NCBI GenBank assembly: GCA_946965045.2
Contig: OX337231.1
Coordinates: 558,001 to 622,000 of the forward strand
DNA: 64,000 nucleotides
Direction: 5' to 3'
From: Epithemia pelagica
Taxonomy: Eukaryota > Protista > Bacillariophyta
The notes under the pieces were generated by a model that made no database searches, had not been told where the DNA came from, and worked only from the letters and a program-made list of their open reading frames with translations. A program made the translations under genes and the position numbers. Each line of letters starts with the position of its first letter. Position 1 is the stretch's first letter. Positions 1-9,344 of the stretch are shown here, in pieces.

Positions 1-27
1 TAATCATCCCACACGCCAAAGTAAGAA

Positions 28-582
28 TCAGACATTGCAAAGAAGAAAGATGATCCGTAGTGTTAACGTACACGATAGCTGATCTCTTTGACGCTGCGAC
101 TTTCGATCTTCGACCCGCCACCTCTCTTCCCGTTCGTCCCGACCCGTCTCCCGTTCGTCCCGACCCTTCTCCCGTTTATCCATCTGCAGGGCCATGACTC
201 CTCCACCGACGGTTGCAATAGAGGTTGCAAAGGCTGAGACGACTGTTGCGACTCCCGCAAAGCTTCCCCACTGTTCTTTCCAGTCTGGCACAGCATCCTG
301 GGAAGTGTCCGTCTGTGCATTTGGGACACTGGTCGGGACAAATGGCCGAATGCTCTGATTTGGCTGTCGCGCAGCCAACCAAGTTGCAATTCCATGCTCA
401 AGTGACGAGGGCGAGGAATATGAACGGTACAGCGTTGAATCTGCACTGTACGTGGTAACGAATGGAGAAGAAGAAGAGACAAGCGGTGGTCCTGACAAGA
501 CCAGACCACATGCCAAATCCACGCACAAAAATGCAAGGAGGAGGACTGTAGTTGCAAAGTTACCCATCATCGTCGTCATCAT
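28..582 (-). CDS. Hypothetical protein with N-terminal signal-peptide-like segment, a hydrophobic segment and a charged repeat tail
   Basis: 184-aa ORF; hydrophobic N-terminus (FATTVLLLAFLCVDLACG), second hydrophobic stretch (FAGVATVVSAFATSIATVGGGVMAL); 21-bp tandem repeat x2.3 at 128-176 encodes (E)xGRDER repeats. No family motif recognised. Confidence 0.4.
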   Translation of the reverse strand: MMTTMMGNFATTVLLLAFLCVDLACGLVLSGPPLVSSSSPFVTTYSADSTLYRSYSSPSSLEHGIATWLAARQPNQSIRPFVPTSVPNAQTDTSQDAVPDWKEQWGSFAGVATVVSAFATSIATVGGGVMALQMDKREKGRDERETGRDEREERWRVEDRKSQRQRDQLSCTLTLRIIFLLCNV

Positions 583-1021
583 CTTTTTGTGGTCTATTGT
601 CGAATGTGCTCGAAGTAAAAGAAAAATGAGCGCGGGAGTTACATGTCAAATGACAACTCGAACATGTTTCCGACGTTGTCGTAAGAGATTCGTTCTTCTT
701 CTGTGCTTTTCTATCGCTATTGTCTGCCGTGTTATTGGAACAAAGGAGGCGCGGAAGCGCAGACCCAAAACATCCGGTCCATTCTCACTTCTCACCACGT
801 GTCTTGTTGCTGCCTCGTCACTCATCACGCATTCTTTGGGGGCGACACTCGCCACTGTCTGTGGTCTATCTACAGACATTGACAGTCGGGGTTTGTTCTG
901 TTTTTTTGGTGTACACGTGGCAGTTGCTTGCTAGAGAGACCCGTACTTGGTGACCATAGTAGGAGTAGTCCTCTAGAGCTAGGGGACCCAAGAATACTCC
1001 ACAACGACAAATACTCCTCTA

Positions 1022-1110
1022 GTACAACAACAACAACAACTACAGCAACAACTACAACAACGACTTCAACAAGACAACAACAAGACAACAACACAAGAAG
1101 CAAGCAAGAG
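1022..1110 (+). repeat. Degenerate (CAA)n microsatellite immediately flanking the LTR element insertion site
   Basis: Run of caa/cag/cta/aca triplets seen directly, ending at the AGAGG target duplication. Confidence 0.8.
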
Positions 1111-1111
1111 G

Positions 1112-1324
1112 TGCCATACCCATGCATAATGGTAGGACGTAAAAATTATGATCTTTAGGAATTAGGCTAGGAAAGTGAGCGATGGCCAGAGAAGCCATCT
1201 GCACACGGGACAAGGACGGACTGAATTCTGAGAACGTCGGTGTCAAAGATGTCACAGATTCAACTAGGGACCTATCGAGTCATGTTTACGTGGAGTCGTG
1301 GCGGGACAGAGTCCGGGTACCGCA
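1112..1324 (-). repeat. 3' LTR of the Gypsy element (213 bp)
   Basis: TGCCATACC...GGTACCGCA, identical to 6619-6831. Confidence 0.97.
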
Positions 1325-1338
1325 CTCTACCTCTCCCT
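1325..1338 (-). promoter_or_regulatory. Polypurine tract (plus-strand primer) of the Gypsy element
   Basis: Minus strand AGGGAGAGGTAGAG directly abutting the 3' LTR. Confidence 0.8.
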
Positions 1339-1411
1339 GGTCGGACCTAGGAAGTTCGAGCGGGCCATGGGAAAGCTTGATGGCCAGAGGCCAACGGCAG
1401 TAAAACCCATG

Positions 1412-4400
1412 TCACACACGGTAAGGGATGAGACGCCTGATATTGATGCGCTCGGTAACGTGGGGACCACCTTGAATGGTCACGGTGCCATTGGAATGGA
1501 CACGCGTGATAGTGAAAGGATTGGGACTGGTACGAAGTGCCAATTTGTCCGGATTGGTAGCGCGGATGAGCACACGATCTCCAATTTTGTAGTCATGAAA
1601 GACGCGAGAGCGATTTGCGAGTCGAGCTCGTTCGTCAACGATGATTTGGCGTTTTTGACGAATCAATTCCATGTCCGCAAGGATGGGAATGTCGAACAGC
1701 ATGTCACGGTGGAACGCAAGACTGCCGGGAGAATGTTTGAGGCTGCCGTGGATGGCAGTGCGTGCAGAGTATGCAGCGGTTTGCAGAGCAGTGTCGACCA
1801 TAAGAGCGGCCTGTTCAATGTTTTGCGGCGGCTCGTAGTTAACGATAGCGCGTAATGAATTGCCGATTGTCAGATGAAGACGTTCGCATAGGGCATTGGA
1901 TTGTGGATTTTTGACCGTTAGGGGCACTGGTTTGATACCATGATTGCGAAGCACTTGCGTAAACGCATGGCCGATAAACTCGCCGCCTTGATCAAAAAGG
2001 CAACGAACAGGGCGAGGATAGCGTGAAAGCCATGAATTCTCGAGTTGGAGACCAACATGTCGAGCGGTTTTGTCGTATATGCGGATAATCTCGCAAAAAT
2101 TGGTGACAGTGTCAATGACCGTCAGGGCCTGAAAGGTTAGGGCCATGCCATGGACTTTGACTGTCCAGGGGCCGATAAGATCGACGGCAATGTCGGACCA
2201 GGGATTACCACGGACCTCACGAGGAGGCAATTCTCCGTAATGTCGATGAACGACCTTCGACCGTTGACAGGTCGGGCAGCTGGAAACAGCTTGATCGCAG
2301 TAGAGTCCCAATTGGGGATGCGTCATGTGCATGGCGATAGTATCGCGGAGTCGCGTGGAACCAGCGTGGTTAAGCACGAGATGATACCAGTTGACTGTAT
2401 GTGCGAGAAGCGAGTCAGGAATGCGAATGCGCCAGAGGGCATTAACCGATTGTCGATAACAGACAAGGTTGTATTGTGGATTTTCCGTAGGAAAGGGTTG
2501 CAAATGATAATAGTCAGGTTTGGATTGGACCAACGCCATTAAGGCGGCATCGTTTTGTTGATGCTGAGATATCGTAGCATAGTCAACCGGTAGGGGTTGG
2601 TTGGCCGTGATGGCGGGATGATTAAGATACACATCGATCAACTCTTCGTCCATGAAAATAGGGGATTCATGAGAATCCGCGTCACGAGACGCTAAGCGGG
2701 GGTCATCATTAGGCGCACGAGGAACCTGAAACACGGAGTGTTTGCCGCTACGATCGAAAAGGGATCGTGGTCCAGACGAGGGACCGTCGGAAGGGACCTT
2801 GGAAGGGACACTCTTCTCCTCCTCTTCTGAAAGAGGGAGACGCGACAACGCGTCGGCGATGACGTTATCCTGGCCAGGAATATAATGAAAGATGGGATTG
2901 TATTCTTCGAGAAAGAGACGCCAACGAAGGACTCGTTGGGAGTTGAGAGTGGAATAAGTGAGATTTTTGTGATCGGTATGAATGTGCAAGGCGGCACAGC
3001 CAAGCAACATGGAGCGGAACTCCTTGAGGGTTTCGACGATGGAGAGTAACTCCTTTTCCATAGTGGTGTAATTCCGCTGAGCGGGGTTGAGCTTGCGTGA
3101 GAAATACGCGACAGGGATGTTTTCCTGCATGAGAACAGCGCCGAGCTGATAGTCAGACGCGTCCACAAAGACGTGGAAAGGAATGTTGTGATCGGGATAG
3201 CGGATAAACGCATCATGCGCAAGCATGGCTTTAACGTTTTCAAAGGCTTTCTGACATTGCGGGGACCATTCAAAGGTTTTGTTGCCGGTCAAGGCCGTGA
3301 GCGGAGCTAAGTGATGGGATCGCTGAGGATACATGTGACGATAGAAATTAACCATGCCAATGAAGGAACGTAGTTCTTTCATGGTGCGAGGAGGCGATAA
3401 GGCCAGAATCGCGGAAATCTTTTTCTTCCATGGTCGTAGACCTGTAGGCGTGAGCCAATGGCCAAGGAAGTCGGTTTCCTGCACGGCCCATTCACATTTG
3501 TGAGGAGTGATAGAGAAGTTCTTGTCTTGAAGACGTTGAAGGACTTTGTTGAGAATCTCGACATGTTCTTCCCAACTGTCGGAAAAGACGCCGATATCGT
3601 CGATGTAGACCTCGACGTGATCGCGAAAGTCAGCAAGGACTTCTTCCATGAGCTCCTGACAGAAGTCTGGGGATTGTTTAACTCCCATAGGGAGACGACG
3701 ATAGCGAAATTTGCCAAAGGGCGTAGTGATAACGCAAAGATTGCTGGAAAACTCGTCGAGTTTGAAAGTGTGAAAACACATAGAGATGTCAAGTTTTGTG
3801 AAATACTTGTAGCCTTTGCGTCGTCGAAGGATATCTTCGATCCTTGGAAAGGGATAGACGCGGCGATACATTTGCGCATTAAGCGAACGAAAGTCCGAGA
3901 TCATTCGGATTCGTCCATCCTTTTTAGGAATGGCGAAATGAGGAGCGGCCCACTCAGTGGAACCAACTCGTTCGAGAATGCCGATATCGACAAACCGAAA
4001 CAATTCCTTTTTAAAGGTGTCATGGATATTGCGAGGGACCGCATAATGACGATGATGAGCCGGTTTGGCATCGGGCATGAGATCGAGATGCAACTCTTTG
4101 TCCGGATAGGCACGCAGGACGCCGTCAAAGATGCGCCCGCATTTCAGCCACACACCAAGAAGATCTTGTTGTTGTGAGGGCGTCAGATGAGTCTGTTGAG
4201 CAAGAAGCTCATCGAGATCTGCCTGTTTGTAATTTGAATCAAGCAGGTAATCGTCACCGAGGACGTCATCATCTGCGAAGAGATCGATGAAATGCGAGAC
4301 GAACTCATGTTCAGTCGCGAATGAATCGCGATCGCGCATAGCGACTTCAATGGAGTCCCACGAGGAGATTCCACGTTCGAAATCAAGAAGGACGCCCAGA

Positions 4401-6481
4401 CGGCGAAGTAAATCGCGACCGATGATGATATCATAGCGACTGTTGGGAGCATCATAGATGTCGACCCATAAGGGATAAGTTACGTGTTTGGTTCGTGAGA
4501 ACTCTGGAAGAACAATGTCTTCCAGGAGGATTTCGGACACACCGGAACGAGTTCCCATGGTCGTGTTCACGGAACGGTCGGTAGACCGCGGTATCATGCC
4601 TGGTTGAAGGCAACGTGAATGAAGAATCGTTTTGTCAGCGCCTGAGTCGAGCAGGGCACGCAAGGGAAGCGTATTTTCAACACCGCCAATATGGCGAGCC
4701 ATGACGATGGTGAGTGGAACGCATTCAGGCCGAGAAGGCGAATCGAACGAAGGAACATCACTAGATGAAGGAAATTGGGAGTAGAACTCATCATAAGACT
4801 CTAGGTTATCCAAGTAACCGTTATTGGGATCAATCACCTCGCTTATAAAAGCGTCATCACGACATAGAGACGCGGGCGTAAGCAGCGAGACCTCCTTCAG
4901 TGGACAGGTCGTAGATGTGGGAAATGTCAATTCCGCGCCCATAGATTTTATTGAGCTGTTCGATGACCTCGTTGATGGGTGCATCGGGATGGATTGCGCT
5001 GCCGGCATAGCCGTTGGCGGGCCAGTTTGGATCTGACATTGCTGCGAGAACAAAGTGCCCAGGTGATGAGTCGGATCGTCAGGAGACGATGAAAAGGAAG
5101 ATGAAAGATGAGACGTACCGGGGACCGTCTTCTCAGGATTGCGAAGATCGCTCCACTGCTGGATTCCCTCGGCATCGACAGGAATGGTAGGAACGCATCC
5201 TGGAGGAGGAGCTACGGCAGGAGGATTGGCAGGAACGGCATTCCATCCATTACCGGCACCAGCAGAGTCAGAGGCGTGTTGATCACTGCCACGACCTGGG
5301 GCAGAAGGACGAGAGCCCCAAGTGGCACGCAGAGGAACGGAAGAGCCACCACGTGGGTTGTTATTGCCATTGGAGGAACCACCACTTTGAGGAGGATTGG
5401 TTCCGGCGTTGCCGCCACTGGTAGAACGGTTAGAACGTTGAACCATGACGTCAAAAAGGCTTTGATTGAAATTGCGACCCGTAGGATTATAAATGCAATC
5501 AGCCCAAGAATGGTTGCGATGAGATTCCATCGTGGTCCGATACGGACAGGGATCGGAGTTGCCATCGGAGGCGCCACGATTGTCTCCGGAGGAGGCATTA
5601 CGGTCGGAGGAGCCAAGGCGATTTCCTCCACGTGAGGAGTCACGATTGCCACCGCGGAGTCCACCACGAGAGTGGCGAGAGCGCACGCGACGATCGCGAT
5701 TGCCGCTGTTGTTGGAGTCGCGAGGACGAGAGCGGTCTTGACGAGACTGCGAACGATTTTGTTGTTGCTCGCGTAGGAGGGCCTTTTGCTTGGAGGCGCG
5801 CTGGTATCCACGCATGGCTTGCAAGAGAGCATCCGTGTCAAAGTGATTGACAATGTCCGGCACCAAAGGATTGGCTTGTTGAAATTCCGTGCGCCATGTA
5901 GTCGGCGAGCCTTGGTAAAAGGCTTGTTTGATTTCGTCTTCCGTGAGGGCGACGATTGCAGCGTCAGAGCTGAGGTACTTGAGACCATTAGAGAACTTGC
6001 GTAGAGACTGCAAATGCGAATCCACAGTCATGTCCGAGGGCTTTCGAGGCCCGGAAAGAAGGAAGGTGCGGAAAGCACTGACTTCACTGACAAGGACAAG
6101 AGGGGCGAAGACCGCAGCAATCAAACCTTGGAAACAGGCTTTATCGAGATTGGTGCCTGGAGGCAAACCGTTGTAGGCTTCGAGAAAAGGATCAGCGATA
6201 GCGCTGGTGACCAAGCGAGGAAAATACTCGCAACAAGCGGCGAAGGGGTCCGGATGACCGGAGATGCGGATCTTGTCCACGAAGTGGAGGACCCAAAGAA
6301 AGAGATCGCGAGGATCTTCGTCCGTCGACTCCCGAAATGGGAGGAGGTTAGCGTAATACTTGTCGTCGTCATCTTTGAGCTTGAGCAAAGAGAAGGAATT
6401 GGAGGACAGAGCCTCATCAACGCGACGTTGGAAGCGGAGTGCATCGACAAGGGTAATGAACCCATTAGTGTTGTCTGCCAT
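1412..6481 (-). CDS. Gag-Pol polyprotein (Gag with CxnHxxHxxxxC knuckle, aspartic protease, RT, RNase H, integrase)
   Basis: Uninterrupted ORF; first ATG at 6481 (MADNTNG). Protease LLDSGAD, RT LPMG..YIDD, RNase H VFVDASD..KELLSIV..TDHKNL..NVIADALSR, integrase H-H-C-C plus AVDLIG/FDQGGEF/NALCER. Confidence 0.96.
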   Translation of the reverse strand: MADNTNGFITLVDALRFQRRVDEALSSNSFSLLKLKDDDDKYYANLLPFRESTDEDPRDLFLWVLHFVDKIRISGHPDPFAACCEYFPRLVTSAIADPFLEAYNGLPPGTNLDKACFQGLIAAVFAPLVLVSEVSAFRTFLLSGPRKPSDMTVDSHLQSLRKFSNGLKYLSSDAAIVALTEDEIKQAFYQGSPTTWRTEFQQANPLVPDIVNHFDTDALLQAMRGYQRASKQKALLREQQQNRSQSRQDRSRPRDSNNSGNRDRRVRSRHSRGGLRGGNRDSSRGGNRLGSSDRNASSGDNRGASDGNSDPCPYRTTMESHRNHSWADCIYNPTGRNFNQSLFDVMVQRSNRSTSGGNAGTNPPQSGGSSNGNNNPRGGSSVPLRATWGSRPSAPGRGSDQHASDSAGAGNGWNAVPANPPAVAPPPGCVPTIPVDAEGIQQWSDLRNPEKTVPGTSHLSSSFSSSPDDPTHHLGTLFSQQCQIQTGPPTAMPAAQSIPMHPSTRSSNSSIKSMGAELTFPTSTTCPLKEVSLLTPASLCRDDAFISEVIDPNNGYLDNLESYDEFYSQFPSSSDVPSFDSPSRPECVPLTIVMARHIGGVENTLPLRALLDSGADKTILHSRCLQPGMIPRSTDRSVNTTMGTRSGVSEILLEDIVLPEFSRTKHVTYPLWVDIYDAPNSRYDIIIGRDLLRRLGVLLDFERGISSWDSIEVAMRDRDSFATEHEFVSHFIDLFADDDVLGDDYLLDSNYKQADLDELLAQQTHLTPSQQQDLLGVWLKCGRIFDGVLRAYPDKELHLDLMPDAKPAHHRHYAVPRNIHDTFKKELFRFVDIGILERVGSTEWAAPHFAIPKKDGRIRMISDFRSLNAQMYRRVYPFPRIEDILRRRKGYKYFTKLDISMCFHTFKLDEFSSNLCVITTPFGKFRYRRLPMGVKQSPDFCQELMEEVLADFRDHVEVYIDDIGVFSDSWEEHVEILNKVLQRLQDKNFSITPHKCEWAVQETDFLGHWLTPTGLRPWKKKISAILALSPPRTMKELRSFIGMVNFYRHMYPQRSHHLAPLTALTGNKTFEWSPQCQKAFENVKAMLAHDAFIRYPDHNIPFHVFVDASDYQLGAVLMQENIPVAYFSRKLNPAQRNYTTMEKELLSIVETLKEFRSMLLGCAALHIHTDHKNLTYSTLNSQRVLRWRLFLEEYNPIFHYIPGQDNVIADALSRLPLSEEEEKSVPSKVPSDGPSSGPRSLFDRSGKHSVFQVPRAPNDDPRLASRDADSHESPIFMDEELIDVYLNHPAITANQPLPVDYATISQHQQNDAALMALVQSKPDYYHLQPFPTENPQYNLVCYRQSVNALWRIRIPDSLLAHTVNWYHLVLNHAGSTRLRDTIAMHMTHPQLGLYCDQAVSSCPTCQRSKVVHRHYGELPPREVRGNPWSDIAVDLIGPWTVKVHGMALTFQALTVIDTVTNFCEIIRIYDKTARHVGLQLENSWLSRYPRPVRCLFDQGGEFIGHAFTQVLRNHGIKPVPLTVKNPQSNALCERLHLTIGNSLRAIVNYEPPQNIEQAALMVDTALQTAAYSARTAIHGSLKHSPGSLAFHRDMLFDIPILADMELIRQKRQIIVDERARLANRSRVFHDYKIGDRVLIRATNPDKLALRTSPNPFTITRVHSNGTVTIQGGPHVTERINIRRLIPYRV

Positions 6482-6618
6482 TATGGAGAGATGCAATGGT
6501 GAGAAAAGGAAAGGAAAGGAATCAAAGGACGGGCAAAAGGAATTGCACAAACGTCGGCCGCCGGAGGCGTGTTATGGTGAAGAAGGAAAAACAAGGGCGT
6601 TGAGGAATCTGATCAGAG

Positions 6619-6831
6619 TGCCATACCCATGCATAATGGTAGGACGTAAAAATTATGATCTTTAGGAATTAGGCTAGGAAAGTGAGCGATGGCCAGAGAA
6701 GCCATCTGCACACGGGACAAGGACGGACTGAATTCTGAGAACGTCGGTGTCAAAGATGTCACAGATTCAACTAGGGACCTATCGAGTCATGTTTACGTGG
6801 AGTCGTGGCGGGACAGAGTCCGGGTACCGCA
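6619..6831 (-). repeat. 5' LTR of the Gypsy element (213 bp)
   Basis: Identical to 1112-1324; followed by TSD AGAGG. Confidence 0.97.
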
Positions 6832-7865
6832 AGAGGTTGCAACGCAGAGGTCCTTTTACTCCCATTCGCCATTATTTCCCCTCCATATTGGTGAGGCGGC
6901 CAGACATATCCCCAACCCTATCTTTTTTGAATATCGCCCGCCACTGCTCCAGGTAGCTCTAAGTATCTCTAATTGCCAACACCGTTACATCAAGGTCGGC
7001 TTGCGTCCAGTGGTTTCCGAATGCTCATAAATTTGGGCAACCCTCGTGTTCTCGTTTGTCACAAAACCCAAGAGGCAAATGCTTGACCATGACGTGAGGT
7101 AAGAACCATGGACGGATCATGCTGGGCTGAATCGCATTTAACTTCTCACTACTGCTGCTTATTTCTAATCTTGTCGTCTCCTTTTCTTTCTTCTTACTCA
7201 TCACTGCTGCAATCTTTCCTTTTGTTCTTGCATGATCCTTTGAATTTGTCTCATGTTGTACGAGTAGACTGGGTACTCCTATAAGCTGCTTGTGGTCAAG
7301 TGGAATATCCTTCCCTTTCCTCTTCTTGTAATTCTTTCGTCGTTTGATTGTTGGCTGGTTGCTTACTTTCATGTTTTCTGTAGGATAGATGATTCACTGT
7401 TCATAGTATCATTGTCAATCATTTCTCAACGACCAAACATTTTGTTGTTTTTGCTTCAAGTAGATGGCTCCATCTTGCCACTTGCCACACCCTACTTTCC
7501 AATTATCAGCTCCTAGAGCTAGAGTCAAACAGCGAATGATTCAATTTGTAGCTGTACAAGCGTGTAAGAGCTGCTCTGTCGTGTGTTCATGGTGAAACTG
7601 AGGGTCATTGACGTACTCAAAACAGAAAACTGATGTACTACACGAATACAGAAGGCACTACACGCTATGGATGGCTAGCACTTGAGTTCTATTTCTAGTT
7701 AATAAAGAAAAGGAGGTCTATAGTCTGTGGATAAATGCAATGGAAGTTATGGGTATCATTTCGACAGAAATGAACAATGGCAAGTAATGAGCTGCTGAGC
7801 CAGAGACACAGCAGATGAGCAGACTCTCATCCCATGAGCAGAGCAAACAAAAGTGACAAGTGTGA

Positions 7866-8345
7866 GTGAGCATGAGCAATGTAATTGTCATGGCAATCCT
7901 CAATGGATCAAGCTCACCTGGAATGTCATTGATACGATGTGCTTTGGCAAGAGAAAAGGATTGTGTGCTTGAAACAACCCTGCTTACTGTTGTATACAGC
8001 AATGTCGACACGATGGGATTTGATTTGGTAGTGGCCGCTGATGTTTTGGTTTACTTTGGACGATTGGATGACGTGCTTGCCAGCTTTGCCAAGGTTTCTG
8101 TCCTGGGCGCTGCATTGATCTTTTCTTGCGAACGAACAACTAGCGGAGAAGCTCCACTGGGCTGGCGGTTACTACCGTCTGGCCGATTTGCCCACACCAA
8201 AGAGCACGCTGTCGAAGCAGCGGCTAAAGCAGGCTACGAACTACAGGACTACTCTGAGTTTACGCCCCGAATGGAAAAGGGAGAACCAGTCAAAGGGCAC
8301 TTGTTTGTTTTTGTTCTGCAAGACCAGGCATTGGATGAACTGTGA
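7866..8345 (+). pseudogene. C-terminal fragment of a class I SAM-dependent methyltransferase (no motif I visible; likely truncated or decayed)
   Basis: FDLVVAADVLVYFGRLDDVL...LIFSCE...W.LLPSGRFAHTK.....R.EKG matches the C-terminal half of predicted TPR-type methyltransferases. Upstream sequence is CpG-poor and lacks DxGCGTG. Confidence 0.6.
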
Positions 8346-8443
8346 TGATGTTTGGTTAATATCGACCTTGTAGACTACTAGTAGTAAGACTGCCCTTGCC
8401 GCTGCGGCAACTAAAAATAAGTGCCTGGCCGAGACACGTAAAA

Positions 8444-8645
8444 ACGGCCCGACGATGCGCGTCTAGTTTGTGGTACCGGTTTGGCGGGTCGGTACTTGCC
8501 TCCGTTGTTGTGAACAACGACAAAAGATGTTGAGTCTATAAAGCTACTGTTCAGTCCAGCAAAAATGAAATTCTTGAGCGTATCGATTTGAAGATTGGTC
8601 GATGTCCTCTAGTAGAGAGGACCAGAGATCTCAAAGATCAAAGCA
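8444..8645 (-). repeat. ~200-bp dispersed repeat, inverted homologue of a segment in every lipase-array spacer (e.g. 37130-37318)
   Basis: Reverse complement of 8444-8645 aligns by eye at roughly 85% identity with GACATCGACCAATCTTCAAATCGATACGCTCAAGAATTTC...GCGCATCGTCGGGCCGT in the array units. Confidence 0.9.
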
Positions 8646-8779
8646 TCAGCCCTTAAGCTCTTTCCACGCTTTCGGACCCCAATGGGTTGAGGACACTCCA
8701 AAAAATTCTTGCAATTCTGCATCGTTCGGAACATACCACTTCCTCAATGACTGGCCCTTCGCCACTGCGGCTCCACGGA

Positions 8780-9091
8780 TCACGCAGCTTTGGAAAAATA
8801 AATTCTCATTCGCAAAAGTTTTAGGTAGTTCCCTTCCCTCCTTGCACCGCCTTCTTGAAACCAAATGGCAATCAAGGTTGTACCCGTATCAATCGGTTCC
8901 AAAAATGATGATGATGGTGTGGTTGTGGTACGTCGAGTAAGGTGGTGGTTGTGGCCGGACGATGGTAGGGACCGAATATCAAAGCTAGCATCCTCGTGGA
9001 GAAGGCTGGCACTGGATGGATGTAGAATCCATCCGTTGAATGAAAACAGGACCCAAAAGAAGAAGATACCCCAATGACCTGGCCCCGCCAT
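8780..9091 (-). pseudogene. Possible truncated, signal-peptide-bearing proteasome beta-subunit fragment
   Basis: Signal-like N-terminus, then EPIDTGTTLIAIWFQEGG, resembling the GTT(I/L)xAV.F.xG Ntn-hydrolase start. Similarity ends after about 12 residues and the ORF stops 23 codons later. Confidence 0.35.
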
Positions 9092-9344
9092 GGTCGCCGG
9101 TCTGGGTTTTGTAGAGAACACAAAAGAAAAGATCTGACGGATGATGGTGCGAAGGACGGACGGACACGGTGGGTCTCTGTCTACTATCTCAATAGGTAAT
9201 ATGTAGTAGGATAGCAATCCCACAATGGAGTACTCCTAGAGAATAAGACAACTACCCTATTCAAGAGCAAAACGAGTAGTCTAAAGTTTCTAGGAGTACA
9301 CTGTAGGACAACATGCAACAGTTTGCATATTTCAAGAGGTGGTA

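Larger units (their letters stand above)
1112..6831 (-). mobile_element. Full-length Ty3/Gypsy LTR retrotransposon, recently inserted
   Basis: Two 213-bp LTRs (1112-1324, 6619-6831), identical by eye, TG...CA ends; 5-bp TSD AGAGG at 1107-1111 and 6832-6836; polypurine tract next to the 3' LTR; single gag-pol ORF with PR-RT-RH-IN order. Confidence 0.97.

Noticed and set aside
3379-6502. Long ORFs antisense to or overlapping Gypsy gag-pol (e.g. 3458-4177 +, 5108-5635 +, 5212-5988 -, 6014-6502 +)
   Set aside because: Shadow frames of a GC-balanced coding region; no recognisable motifs.
6611-6620. ATCAGAGTG resembling the initiator-tRNA 5' end or a Met PBS
   Set aside because: It lies on the wrong strand to act as a PBS for this element; likely coincidental.
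1022-6956. Gypsy insertion disrupting a poly-Gln host gene (rejoined frame VQQQQ...KRLQRRGPF...)
   Set aside because: The rejoined frame has an upstream stop at ~980, no ATG and only ~80 codons; probably non-coding microsatellite.
7025-7372. 115-aa Lys-rich ORF
   Set aside because: No motif, CpG-poor context, and no splice or start evidence.
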